Shown here piece by piece: positions 40,203 through 50,142 of a stretch of DNA of 64,000 bases. Position 1 is the first letter of the stretch, and every line of letters starts with the position of its first letter. This DNA is from a bacterium. Lineage in GTDB: Bacteria; Patescibacteriota; Dojkabacteria; JAKAPS01. A program made the translations under genes and the position numbers. The stretch spans positions 1,586-65,585 of the forward strand of contig JAKAPS010000004.1 in NCBI GenBank assembly GCA_021806925.1, read 5' to 3'. The notes under the pieces are model-generated. The model did not search any database. It saw only the letters and a list, made by a program, of their open reading frames with translations, and had not been told where the DNA came from.

Positions 40203-40254
40203 ACATTTCCACACTCTTCTTATACATTATAGATCCGATATCTGTCAATATATA

Positions 40255-40869
40255 TCAAAGTATTTCATCCTTTTTATCAATAAATTTCCTTCGTATTTTC
40301 TCTATTCCTAAAATATAACCTGCAATGTATATTACAAATATTGAAATTAATATATAGTAGCTTGATATATTTATATTAAAATATTCTAGGATTATAACAA
40401 TGCCGAACATAAATAGAGTTGCCTTCCCTGATTCTGAAAAATATACAAACTTTTCTTCCAACACATCAAGAATTCTTATTGTGTAGAATAATACTATTGT
40501 AGATATCGCTACTCCAAGTAAAATAAGTAAGATGTTTTTGGTTATAGCGACCATTGCAATAACATTATCAAAGGAAAGAAAAATATCTATTAAGATTATG
40601 AGCAAAATACCAGCTACCCTTTTTTCAACATTAATGTTTTTAACTGCTAAGAATATGATAAATATTCCAGTAAAAATGTACAGTATATGTAGTATGCTCA
40701 AAAGGAATACAATAAACATGGTAAGTAATACTTTAATAACAGCACCCATTATTAAACCAATCAAAAGATCTTTATTTTTAGGTTGAACCTTTTCTATACC
40801 AATTGCATTATCAAATGAAAATATTGTGTTTATTAATACTAAGTTTAATAATATAATTAGTGTATACAT
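40255..40869 (-). CDS. TerC/YjbE-family integral membrane protein
   Basis: Two SFDN(A/V)I motifs sit in TM helices, and the roughly 200-aa size fits the family. Confidence 0.5.
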   Translation of the reverse strand: MYTLIILLNLVLINTIFSFDNAIGIEKVQPKNKDLLIGLIMGAVIKVLLTMFIVFLLSILHILYIFTGIFIIFLAVKNINVEKRVAGILLIILIDIFLSFDNVIAMVAITKNILLILLGVAISTIVLFYTIRILDVLEEKFVYFSESGKATLFMFGIVIILEYFNINISSYYILISIFVIYIAGYILGIEKIRRKFIDKKDEIL

Positions 40870-40873
40870 AATA

Positions 40874-42205
40874 TTATTCCTTCCTTACTTTTTCCATATC
40901 GTTGAATCTTGCATATTCTTTAGTAAAGAATAATTCAGCCATACCAGTAGGACCATTCCTATGCTTTGCTATATATATTTCTGCTATACCTTTTTTTTCT
41001 GATTCTGGATTTGTAGCATCATCTCTGTTTATAAACATAACAACATCTGCATCCTGCTCAATTGCACCAGATTCTCTTAAATCTGATAACTGAGGTATTT
41101 TACTCGCTCTTTGTTCAATTGATCTTGATAATTGAGATAGAGCTAATACAGGAGTATTCAATTCCCTTGCAAGATTTTTTAAAGATCTTGATATATCCGC
41201 AACTTCAGTGGATCTATTTTCATATGATCTATTAGATGAGATTAATTGAAGATAATCTATAATCACAAGGTCAATCTTTTTCTCAACAGATAATCTTCTT
41301 GCCTTTGTCCTTATTTCAAGAATACTTTGTCCTGGAGTATCATCCAAATAAAGAGAACTCTCAGATAACTGCCCATATACATCCCCCATCTTCTCTACTG
41401 TACTTGCATCTTTTATTTTTGCCATTCTAAGTTCCCACAAATTTACTCCTACTTCAGATGCGACTAATCTGTAAGTTAATTCAAGATTAGACATTTCAAG
41501 AGAGAATATTGCAACTTTTTTATTGTGTCTAAGTGCTGCATTTCTTGCAATATCAAGAGCAAATGCACTCTTTCCTACTGATGGTCGTGCTGCGAGAATA
41601 ACTAAGTTACTATCTTGAAGACCTCCTAATATGTTATCAATTGATTTGAATCCAGTAGGCACACCTCTAAATGTATCCATCTTGTTGTCTGGATCCATTG
41701 AATTTTCATATGCACTTTTTAATAGATCTTTAATATGTATAAAATCGGATGTATTTCCGCTTTGGGATATATCAAATATTTTTTTTTCTGCTTCATCAAG
41801 AGCAGATTCAATCGTTCCTGTCTCATTTATACCAAGAGAACTGATCTCACCTGCTACTGTTATTAAACTTCTTCTAATGTACTTATCCCTAATTATATGA
41901 CCATACGATTGTGCATTTGATACGCTTGGGACATCTTCAACAAGAGTTGCAAGGTACGATTTTCCTCCTATCTTATCCAACTTTTTATTCCTTTTTAAAA
42001 GATCTGCAACTGTTAAAATATCAATAGGATCACCTTCGGAGAACAATTCAATCATTCCTTCAAATATTAAGGAATTCGCATGACTATAGAAGTAGATTGG
42101 ACGCAAAAAAGATGCAACATCGGTAATTGCATTTCTGTCAAGCAATATCGCACCAAGTAATGACTTTTCTGCATCAATATCCTGTGGTGGAACTGTATCT
42201 GCCAT
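40874..42205 (-). CDS. dnaB: replicative DNA helicase DnaB
   Basis: Walker A ARPSVGKSAFALDIARN. Motifs FSLEMS, VIIDYLQLI and the RecA-like C-terminus are also present. Confidence 0.95.
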   Translation of the reverse strand: MADTVPPQDIDAEKSLLGAILLDRNAITDVASFLRPIYFYSHANSLIFEGMIELFSEGDPIDILTVADLLKRNKKLDKIGGKSYLATLVEDVPSVSNAQSYGHIIRDKYIRRSLITVAGEISSLGINETGTIESALDEAEKKIFDISQSGNTSDFIHIKDLLKSAYENSMDPDNKMDTFRGVPTGFKSIDNILGGLQDSNLVILAARPSVGKSAFALDIARNAALRHNKKVAIFSLEMSNLELTYRLVASEVGVNLWELRMAKIKDASTVEKMGDVYGQLSESSLYLDDTPGQSILEIRTKARRLSVEKKIDLVIIDYLQLISSNRSYENRSTEVADISRSLKNLARELNTPVLALSQLSRSIEQRASKIPQLSDLRESGAIEQDADVVMFINRDDATNPESEKKGIAEIYIAKHRNGPTGMAELFFTKEYARFNDMEKVRKE

Positions 42206-42227
42206 ATATTCTTATATAATCAAACTT

Positions 42228-42887
42228 TTAAATACTTTTTTCAAGTAGATATATTAGATACTGCTCTCTATCTTCCGGAATCATATCACGGGTTAATTTT
42301 AATGTCTTTACCGTTTCGTGAGTTTTACCACTTAAAGATAAGAACTTATCTACATCATCAAGTCCATCTATTCCAAGATCTTTATTTCCATAATGCATTG
42401 GTATCACTATTCCAGGTTCTAATTGATCTATTACATCTAGTGCCTCTTTTGAATCTATTGTATACTTACCTCCAACTGGAACAAATAGCACATCAACTTG
42501 ACCTATTTTCTCTATTTCTTTTACGGATAATTTATCTCCTAGATCTCCTAGATGGCATAAAAATATTCCTTCAAGGAATATTGTATATACTGTATTCAAT
42601 CCCCTTTCTGCACCTTTTACTTTATCATGGTATGTAGAAATACCTTCAATAAAGACATCCTTCAAATCATACTCCCCTGGCGTTTCTATATGAAAGTATG
42701 TTTTGTCAATATCATTATCTAATCCGTAATGATCAGGATGGCTATGAGATGTTAGAAGAATATCAATATCCTTTTGGTGAGGAATTTTACCCATCTTTGC
42801 AGCGATAGGGTCAATTAATATGTTGACTCCCCTACCCTCATCTGATGATATTTTAAAACACGCATGAGTTATATATTGTATTTTCAT
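42228..42887 (-). CDS. metallo-beta-lactamase-fold hydrolase
   Basis: LLTSHSHPDHYG (HxHxDH). Confidence 0.7.
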   Translation of the reverse strand: MKIQYITHACFKISSDEGRGVNILIDPIAAKMGKIPHQKDIDILLTSHSHPDHYGLDNDIDKTYFHIETPGEYDLKDVFIEGISTYHDKVKGAERGLNTVYTIFLEGIFLCHLGDLGDKLSVKEIEKIGQVDVLFVPVGGKYTIDSKEALDVIDQLEPGIVIPMHYGNKDLGIDGLDDVDKFLSLSGKTHETVKTLKLTRDMIPEDREQYLIYLLEKSI

Positions 42888-42966
42888 GAATTTAATGTAA
42901 TTATACTACAGTTAAAATTAAAGTACCTAACCTTCATACAAAGCATATTAAAACATACTCTTTTTA

Positions 42967-43362
42967 TTATGATATTAATTTTCTGAATTTTGCAGTTATC
43001 CTATCATGGAATGAATTTACAACATAGAACCCCGATTCAAACATCAAAGTATTCAGGAATACTATATATATCACTGATAATACTATTGAGATTGCTTCAA
43101 GATATTGCAATGGAGTATTTGATAATTGAAATCCATTCATAAATCCAAGAATAGTTGTGTTCAATGAGAAACTTCCGAATATTGATGTCTCCAGAAATGC
43201 TTCTAAAGCAAGTGCTAAAGACACTATTATATTCCTGTATTTTGCCTTTTCATCAAAAACATTATATAAAGCTCCTAAAAGGAATACAGTTATAAAGGAA
43301 TGCAACACAAACCTAACACAAAGTGCAAATAACAAATATTTTAAAAAGTTCTCCTTATTCAC
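42967..43362 (-). CDS. small membrane protein, hypothetical
   Basis: 131 aa with 3-4 TM helices. Confidence 0.35.
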   Translation of the reverse strand: MNKENFLKYLLFALCVRFVLHSFITVFLLGALYNVFDEKAKYRNIIVSLALALEAFLETSIFGSFSLNTTILGFMNGFQLSNTPLQYLEAISIVLSVIYIVFLNTLMFESGFYVVNSFHDRITAKFRKLIS

Positions 43363-43765
43363 TTATTTGAGGTTCATCATCATTTGGAAGATCATTAGGA
43401 TCAATCCCATATTTACCTAATATTGTTAATTCATCATTTGGCTTACCAGCTTGTACATCAGATACAAGTGAATCAAAATCCCCTATTGCTCCTTTTAATT
43501 CATCTCTAAAAATATCTAAGTATCTTATTAAATTAGGACTCGAATTTGCAATATCACTAAGTTGACTTGCATCCATACTAAAAAGACTTGGATCAGATAC
43601 AAGTTTTTTTTCTTCTTCAGTTAAAAATGTCAGGTCTTGTTTAGACATATTTGCACTTGCCATAACAACAACCTGTTGTAATATTGTTCCTGATTCTTCA
43701 TTACTAAATCCTAAGCCTGATAACTTAGATTGAAACTCTATCAATAAATTTTTTATATCATCCAT
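43355..43765 (-). CDS. hypothetical protein with an acidic C-terminus
   Basis: 136-aa ORF that overlaps the downstream gene by 8 bp. Confidence 0.35.
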   Translation of the reverse strand: MDDIKNLLIEFQSKLSGLGFSNEESGTILQQVVVMASANMSKQDLTFLTEEEKKLVSDPSLFSMDASQLSDIANSSPNLIRYLDIFRDELKGAIGDFDSLVSDVQAGKPNDELTILGKYGIDPNDLPNDDEPQISE

Positions 43766-43842
43766 ATACCCATATATTATACCATGTTGAGATTAAATGC
43801 AATTAGAATGATAAAATAGCACTTGAATCTAAAACAGATGAA

Positions 43843-44076
43843 TTATTCATATAAATATTTATCAATATTTGTAGAAATATCAGTTATATCTGTATGAATT
43901 GCGTTGTTAGAAATCCATAATAATGCCTTTACACTATTTTTCTTCTTACTCTCTTTTTCTAAACCTGTTTCTAGGAGTGTCCTAATTACTTCTGCAACTG
44001 GTCTGTTTTTTCTATGTGCAAGTATCCTAATACCTTGATAAATTGGTTTTGTTAAGTATACTTGTGTTCTTATCAT
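43843..44076 (-). CDS. ribbon-helix-helix (CopG/antitoxin-like) small DNA-binding protein. It is a candidate orphan antitoxin or regulator.
   Basis: 77 aa. The N-terminal beta-strand plus helix pattern IRTQVYLTKPIYQGIRILAHRKNRPVAEVIRTLLE is RHH-like. It is a weak call. Confidence 0.35.
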   Translation of the reverse strand: MIRTQVYLTKPIYQGIRILAHRKNRPVAEVIRTLLETGLEKESKKKNSVKALLWISNNAIHTDITDISTNIDKYLYE

Positions 44077-44508
44077 AATTATATGCTATATGTTAAACAT
44101 ATAATATATAAATAGTTTGTATTTGTCAATATTATCTTGTGTGATTTATGAATTTAGAAAATAAATGAATTAACCATTCTTATATTATAGCGTTCTCATA
44201 TAAAACGGGAAGCATAGAATCAAACTAAAAATACACTAATACAAATACTGCTAACTCACCTTTTAGAACGTCGATTAATGCTGTTTTCTCCTGATATTAA
44301 TATAAAGTATTTATATGGTTACTTTGGAATAATAACAACAATTTTATAAGACACAATCTGTTCAAGCCTTCCCAAGGCATATTATAACAATATGTGGCAG
44401 TATTTATGTAAATAGATTGTCAGGTTATTTTCTTATAAAGGATATATCATTTTATCTCATTGTGACTTCTTGTTCATGCAGAGTATAATAATTTTGAAAG
44501 AAAATGTA

Positions 44509-45270
44509 ATGAAAAACACATTTGTTTTTATTGACGAGAGTGGTACTAAAAAGCAAGATAGATTTTTTCTTGTTGGATTTTTACGCCTAACAAATCCAGA
44601 TAAATATTTCAAAACATATAGTTTATATAAGGATAAGTTATATGGGCGGAGCCGAGAAGAGAGAGTAAAAAGAGTAGCGTTATTACATGATGAGAATAAA
44701 ATACATGAATTAGCACTTTTAGCTAAGAATCCAAGTAAATTCGAACTTAAATATTCAAAAATTAACAAGGATAATCAAGACATTTATAAAAAATTGTTGG
44801 AAACCCTATGTGATATAGGATTTCATTTTGTCGTTATCGGTATTGACCGTCGAGACCCTAGTTTTCATGATACTTCTGGACTTATTGCATCGTATAAAAG
44901 AATTATTAATCAATACCTTCAAAAATATGGCAAAAAAGACGATTGCATATTACTTGATGATTTTGGAATACAAATAGTAAATATTTGTGAACAGAAGCTG
45001 TTACCAGATTATTTTATACGGATAAGATCGGAATCTCTAATCTATATGGAAATTGTTGATATTTTGACTGGGCTCTCAGGATTTGCCATGCACAATTGGG
45101 AAGTGAGTAAGAAAGATCAAGTGCGAGAAGGTATATTAAGAACATTTCAAGCAAAGCTAGAAAAACAAATTAAAGTTAATCAAACAATAGAAACTGAAAA
45201 AATATATTATTCAACGTGGGTTTTGAATTTCAGTAAGGGCCATGGACATTACCCCAATCCCTTACAATAA
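44509..45270 (+). CDS. DUF3800-like protein (N-terminal FIDESG motif)
   Basis: MKNTFVFIDESGTK at the N-terminus and a length of about 250 aa fit the family. TATAAT lies 20 bp upstream. The track ORF starts at an upstream TTG at 44470. Confidence 0.5.
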   Translation: MKNTFVFIDESGTKKQDRFFLVGFLRLTNPDKYFKTYSLYKDKLYGRSREERVKRVALLHDENKIHELALLAKNPSKFELKYSKINKDNQDIYKKLLETLCDIGFHFVVIGIDRRDPSFHDTSGLIASYKRIINQYLQKYGKKDDCILLDDFGIQIVNICEQKLLPDYFIRIRSESLIYMEIVDILTGLSGFAMHNWEVSKKDQVREGILRTFQAKLEKQIKVNQTIETEKIYYSTWVLNFSKGHGHYPNPLQ

Positions 45271-45617
45271 ATATTGTAATATATTTTCACTTTGAATACA
45301 AATCAGAGTAAGGTGAACTATTTTCACTAGATTCCGTATTGCAATGCTTTTTTAAACAGAAGAAGCAAAATTACGTTGGATAAAATATGTTTTAGTAAAG
45401 TACACACTTTTATATACCTGCTTAACCCTTCTACCTCTATGGAAAAAAGGGTGAATAGCTACATAGTGAGTAAGGGAGAATATGAAGAGATAATTCTAGC
45501 AAAATATCACGGATTGTGTATATTAAATGAAACTGAATCGAAAAATCAAAAAAGTGGTATTAATATAAGGAAGCTGTTAATCGTACAGCTTGATATGGTT
45601 ATAAGGAAATTGAAAAA

Positions 45618-45704
45618 CGGAGAGGGTGAGATTCGAACTCACGGTATGCGTTAACATACGACGGTTTTCAAGACCGTTACCATAATCCACTCGGTCACCT
45701 CTCC
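45618..45704 (-). tRNA. tRNA-Ser (anticodon UGA), type II with a long variable arm and no encoded CCA
   Basis: The reverse complement is GGAGAGGTGACCGAGTGG...CTTGAAA...GTTCGAATCTCACCCTCTCCG. It has a 3-bp D-stem, a variable-arm hairpin GTATG/CATAC and discriminator G. Confidence 0.85.
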
Positions 45705-45801
45705 AATAACTTTCTAGTGTATTATACCTTACCTTACGCATATATATCAATAAGATATTTTTTATGATATAATGTTAACACAAAAGTTGAAGTAGTAATC
45801 T

Positions 45802-46122
45802 ATGAAAAAAAATATACATCCTACATCTAACATGGTGAATACGACATGTCTTTCATGTGGAAAAGCATATGTTATAAAGAGTACATATAGCACAATAAAG
45901 GTTGAAATATGTTCAAATTGTCATCCATTTTATACAGGGCAACAAAAGATTGTTGACTCTGCAAATAAGGTAAGTGATTTCAATAAGAGATTAGCTCAGA
46001 AATCTGATAATGTAATTTCAAGGAAAGATAAGAATAAAAATAGAGCAAAGCATACAGTTACAGAGATAAAAGGAGAAAGAACACTAACTCTTAAAGATAT
46101 GTTACAACAGTTCAAAAAGTGA
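45802..46122 (+). CDS. rpmE: 50S ribosomal protein L31 (zinc-ribbon type) with a C-terminal extension
   Basis: MKKNIHP...CxxC...CSNCHPFYTGQQK. Confidence 0.8.
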   Translation: MKKNIHPTSNMVNTTCLSCGKAYVIKSTYSTIKVEICSNCHPFYTGQQKIVDSANKVSDFNKRLAQKSDNVISRKDKNKNRAKHTVTEIKGERTLTLKDMLQQFKK

Positions 46123-47120
46123 TTCAAAATCTCTCTGATTTAAAGAAACGTATTGAAGAAACCGAAAAGAGTGATTTATTAGGTCTATCAATTTTAAATC
46201 AGTATAAAAGATTCCTTGAATCAGATATCGACATTGATAAACAATTAGTTGATTTAGATTCAATTGATTCTCCTGAACTTAAGGAATATATAGAAGAAGA
46301 AAAGCTCAAATTAAAGGAGAATAAGCAAAGTAATTACCAAACATTCCTAAATAATGTAAAAAATATATATCTGGAAGATGATTTTCAGAATTGTATAATT
46401 GAGTTAAGAGCTGGTGCTGGAGGAAATGAAGCATCACTGTTCGCAAACGATTTATACAGTATGTATACAAATTATTGTAACATCAAAAGGATAAAATATG
46501 AGCCACTTTTTACATCATACTCCCCTGCTGACGGTTTTAAGGAAGTAGGATTTAAAGTTTATGGAGGTTACTACAGCTTTAAATACGAAGGAGGAGTTCA
46601 TAGAGTCCAAAGAGTTCCAGTAACTGAAAATATGGGTAGAATACATACATCAACTGTAAGCGTGGCTATATTGCCAGAGATATCTGATACAGACTACAAA
46701 ATATCAGATAATGATCTTAAAATTGAAACATTTAAAGCATCTGGACCAGGAGGCCAAAAAGTGAATAAGATAGAAAGTGCAGTTAGAATAACTCATATTC
46801 CAACAGGACTGACTGCATCATGTCAGGATTCAAAATCACAACACATGAATAAAGCAAATGCACTAGAATTGATTAGATCGAGAGTATGGAGCTACTATAA
46901 ATCAAAAGAGGAAAAGCAAATCCAATCCTTAAGAACTGCTCAAATAGGTCAATCAATGAGAGCTGAAAAGATAAGAACATATAACTTTCCACAGGATAGA
47001 GTTACAGACCATAGAATAAATAAATCATTTTCAAATATATTTAAAATAGTAGATGGAAATAACTTTGAAGATATATCAAGATCACTCCATGAATTCTATG
47101 ATTTACAAATACTTGATTGA
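46119..47120 (+). CDS. prfA: peptide chain release factor 1
   Basis: GGQ motif SGPGGQKVNKIESAVRITHIPTG and RVQRVP...GRIHTS. It lies upstream of prmC, which is typical RF1 synteny. Confidence 0.85.
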   Translation: MIQNLSDLKKRIEETEKSDLLGLSILNQYKRFLESDIDIDKQLVDLDSIDSPELKEYIEEEKLKLKENKQSNYQTFLNNVKNIYLEDDFQNCIIELRAGAGGNEASLFANDLYSMYTNYCNIKRIKYEPLFTSYSPADGFKEVGFKVYGGYYSFKYEGGVHRVQRVPVTENMGRIHTSTVSVAILPEISDTDYKISDNDLKIETFKASGPGGQKVNKIESAVRITHIPTGLTASCQDSKSQHMNKANALELIRSRVWSYYKSKEEKQIQSLRTAQIGQSMRAEKIRTYNFPQDRVTDHRINKSFSNIFKIVDGNNFEDISRSLHEFYDLQILD

Positions 47121-48027
47121 TCCATTATCTAATACATATAACGAAGAAGTACTTCTATTTTCATATATATTTGAATTAGATTATTCTACATTTCTTTTGA
47201 ATAATATAAATAATCAAGATAAAAAGAGTAGATATAATGATAACAAGTCTATTTCAAACAAATACAATGCTAAATTAGACGAACATCTCTTGAAAAAATT
47301 TGAATTTCTAAGGAAAAAGATCGTATTTGATTCTGTACCAGTTCAATATATTACGAAAGGTGCATATTTCTTTAAGGATAAATTCTACGTTAACAACAAT
47401 ACACTTATACCGAGAAGCGAAACTGAATTCATACCAGAATTCATATTAAATTGGATTGATACACATACAAAAATTAAACCCACTTTATATATGGATAATA
47501 TAGATGTATTGGATATATTCACAGGAAGCGGAGCTATTGGACTAAGTATTGCAAAATATTATAAATCTAGAATTAAACCTAATATATATTTATCGGATAT
47601 TTCTGAGTCTGCATTGACTGTAGCAGATATAAACAGGAAAACTCTTGTTCCTAATACACCAGATATAAGATTAATAAAATCAGATTTATTTAAGAATAAA
47701 AGAATTAAATATATTAAATTTGATGTCATATCTGCCAATCCTCCATATATTCCAAGACGGAGTATGAGAAAATTAAATGCTAGGGTAAAAAATGAACCAC
47801 GTATAGCCCTGTTTAGGAAAGGCTCAAACATCATAAGAATATTTCTTAAACAAGTTGTTTCTCACATTAAAGAAAATAATAGCATATGTATAACAGAGAC
47901 AAATGACAATGACTTTAAGTTATATAAATATATTAACAAAAGGACAAAGAAGAATCACCCCTCTTTCAAGGTATCATATATAAAAGATATCTATGGAATA
48001 CATAGGTACATTCTAATTGAAACCTAA
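47089..48027 (+). CDS. prmC: release-factor glutamine N5-methyltransferase PrmC/HemK
   Basis: NPPY motif ISANPPYIP and SAM-binding LDIFTGSGAIGL. The start is placed at an internal Met (47089 or 47098). The track start at 47053 overlaps prfA by 68 bp. Confidence 0.8.
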   Translation: MNSMIYKYLIDPLSNTYNEEVLLFSYIFELDYSTFLLNNINNQDKKSRYNDNKSISNKYNAKLDEHLLKKFEFLRKKIVFDSVPVQYITKGAYFFKDKFYVNNNTLIPRSETEFIPEFILNWIDTHTKIKPTLYMDNIDVLDIFTGSGAIGLSIAKYYKSRIKPNIYLSDISESALTVADINRKTLVPNTPDIRLIKSDLFKNKRIKYIKFDVISANPPYIPRRSMRKLNARVKNEPRIALFRKGSNIIRIFLKQVVSHIKENNSICITETNDNDFKLYKYINKRTKKNHPSFKVSYIKDIYGIHRYILIET

Positions 48028-49206
48028 ATAATTCAGTGCATAATTCATCTGAGTATCAGTTCCATTTTGAATATCTGTGCTACTTAAATTAACAATATCA
48101 TTAGGAACTATCGGGCTTGAGTTGTTAATCCATCTTCCTGATGGCAAAAGCCAATGGTCTACAGTAACATGTAGAGCACTTCCATCTGGAAGGTTATATA
48201 CTACTTGAGCAGTCCCCTTTCCAAATGTATCAGTCCCTATAACAGTTGCTCTTTTATAGAATTGCAATGCTCCTGTAAAAATCTCTGCTGCACTTGCTGT
48301 ATTCTGATCTACAAGCACAACTATCTTTGTACTTTGCGGAATAATTGGATTAAACTGAGTTGCGTAGCTCGTCTTATTGCCGTTTCTATCTTCCTGATAA
48401 GCAACTATTGTATTATCTGGTAGTATTGATGAAGCTGCATAAACTGCAGCATCAAAGTATCCACCAGGATTACCCCTTAAATCAAAAATTATACTACTTG
48501 GATTATCTGATTTAACTTGTGACATAGTAGTATCCCAACTTGATTCCCAATCAGCAAGTGTAGTATCAGAGAATCTTGTAACTTGTACTACATCAACAAC
48601 ATTACCATTCTTGCCAATTTCTTTTGTAACATATTCACTATTAACATGTATTGCAGCTCTAGTTATATTTGTTGTATATATCTGCCCATTCTTATTCATA
48701 AGTTCAATTGTTACAACAGTTCCAGGTATCCCCTGTATCATTGAAGCAACAGCTGATAAACTCATTCCTGTTTTTATATCAGTAGAGTTCACTTTTAATA
48801 TTATATCCCCTATATTTATTGGTGAACTTGCAGCTGGAGTTTTTGGCAAGACTTCATCAATCTTTATTTCAGAATTATAGTAGCCTAATTTAACTCCTAT
48901 ACCTGATAGGTTATTACCTGCCAAGTCACTATTAAATGTAGTGTTTTCACTAGGTGTAAGATAAATTGTACCAACATCATTTAATGATCCGACCATCCCT
49001 TGAATTGATGCATTAGTCAAATCTGTTTGATTCAATGATTTTGAATAGTATACAGTATTCAAAAGATTCCTAACTGTCAAGTAATCATTTACATTAGCAA
49101 AATTAATATTTTCAAAGTATCTATTTGCAAAGAATCCTAAAACAAAGAAAATAATTCCAATTGCGGATATATTTAGAATATTTATTAATTTAGTGTTTTG
49201 TTTCAT
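48013..49206 (-). CDS. S41-family C-terminal processing peptidase (Ctp/Prc-like) with an N-terminal TM anchor and a PDZ domain
   Basis: PDZ segment IGDIILKVNSTDIKTGMS...GTVVTIEL. S41 catalytic region RGNPGGYFDAAVYAAS... Confidence 0.85.
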   Translation of the reverse strand: MKQNTKLINILNISAIGIIFFVLGFFANRYFENINFANVNDYLTVRNLLNTVYYSKSLNQTDLTNASIQGMVGSLNDVGTIYLTPSENTTFNSDLAGNNLSGIGVKLGYYNSEIKIDEVLPKTPAASSPINIGDIILKVNSTDIKTGMSLSAVASMIQGIPGTVVTIELMNKNGQIYTTNITRAAIHVNSEYVTKEIGKNGNVVDVVQVTRFSDTTLADWESSWDTTMSQVKSDNPSSIIFDLRGNPGGYFDAAVYAASSILPDNTIVAYQEDRNGNKTSYATQFNPIIPQSTKIVVLVDQNTASAAEIFTGALQFYKRATVIGTDTFGKGTAQVVYNLPDGSALHVTVDHWLLPSGRWINNSSPIVPNDIVNLSSTDIQNGTDTQMNYALNYLGFN

Positions 49207-49332
49207 TTTAATTGATTTCTCTTTTGTTTTTTTTACGCTCTTTATTTATTCTACTTCTTCTTAAGTTCTTAAGCACATAGTTATCAATTTAATTGAATTT
49301 AAATTAAATCTATGTGTGTAACTCAATTCAAT

Positions 49333-50142
49333 TTACACTACTGCGAAGAAGTCATCAATATCTAAAGAAATTGAGCAAGCTACTTTACGCCTATCATCCT
49401 CTTCCAAAGGAAAGTATACCATATTATCCCCTATGTAACATCCTTCATTTTTTTTGTTCAAAATGTATTTCCACCATTTATATTCATTCTCATTATTCTT
49501 TATACCATCGCTTTGAAATTTTCCAATAAGGACACTTGGCAAATCTTTAATATGAACTAATTCTGGATCCATTGACAAGCAAACCAGTGTAGAGAATTTT
49601 GCATTAAATATGTCTTTATAGTCATCATATCCAAGATAAGTGACAGGCAAAACATCTGAATTTAATATATAGTACATGTTAGTTCTTACAACAGGAGCAA
49701 TATAGTTGGTTACAAATGCCATCATGTGGCAATTCAAGTATAAGTTATCCCCTACTATCCTAACATTTCCACCTACTGGAGAATATATACTCTCTTTCTG
49801 AGGAATAGTATTAAGTACTAATTTAGACCCATCAACAGCAACTGATGCATCTATAGGGCTTTTAATAATTAATTCGACAGGTAATATACTTCTGTGAGCA
49901 AGGATACTCCCCTTTCTTACTATATCTCCGTTTTTAACATCAAGATATTTCCCTATATTATTAGAATTCAATTTTAGTTCATCTTTCAAGTCAATAGTAA
50001 CCTCTCTATATGATATATCCCTAAGTACAAGTAAATCCCCTGCCGATACTTTTGTTCCATTCTTAACCTTTATATCATCAATATTCCTTACATCAATAGG
50101 AAATTCATATTCTAAAATTTTAGGAATCTTAAATTTTCTCAT
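49333..50142 (-). CDS. hypothetical protein
   Basis: 269-aa ORF. It overlaps the upstream gene by 14 bp, forming an operon pair. Confidence 0.35.
   Translation of the reverse strand: MRKFKIPKILEYEFPIDVRNIDDIKVKNGTKVSAGDLLVLRDISYREVTIDLKDELKLNSNNIGKYLDVKNGDIVRKGSILAHRSILPVELIIKSPIDASVAVDGSKLVLNTIPQKESIYSPVGGNVRIVGDNLYLNCHMMAFVTNYIAPVVRTNMYYILNSDVLPVTYLGYDDYKDIFNAKFSTLVCLSMDPELVHIKDLPSVLIGKFQSDGIKNNENEYKWWKYILNKKNEGCYIGDNMVYFPLEEDDRRKVACSISLDIDDFFAVV

Noticed and set aside
45376-45654. 92-aa plus-strand ORF
   Set aside because: Its 3' end runs through the tRNA-Ser gene on the opposite strand, its composition is low-complexity, and it has no motif. I judged it spurious.
47053-47120. 68-bp overlap of prmC with prfA implied by the ORF track
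   Set aside because: Internal Met codons at 47089 and 47098 give the usual short overlap and a typical PrmC N-terminus. The longer overlap is an ORF-caller artefact.
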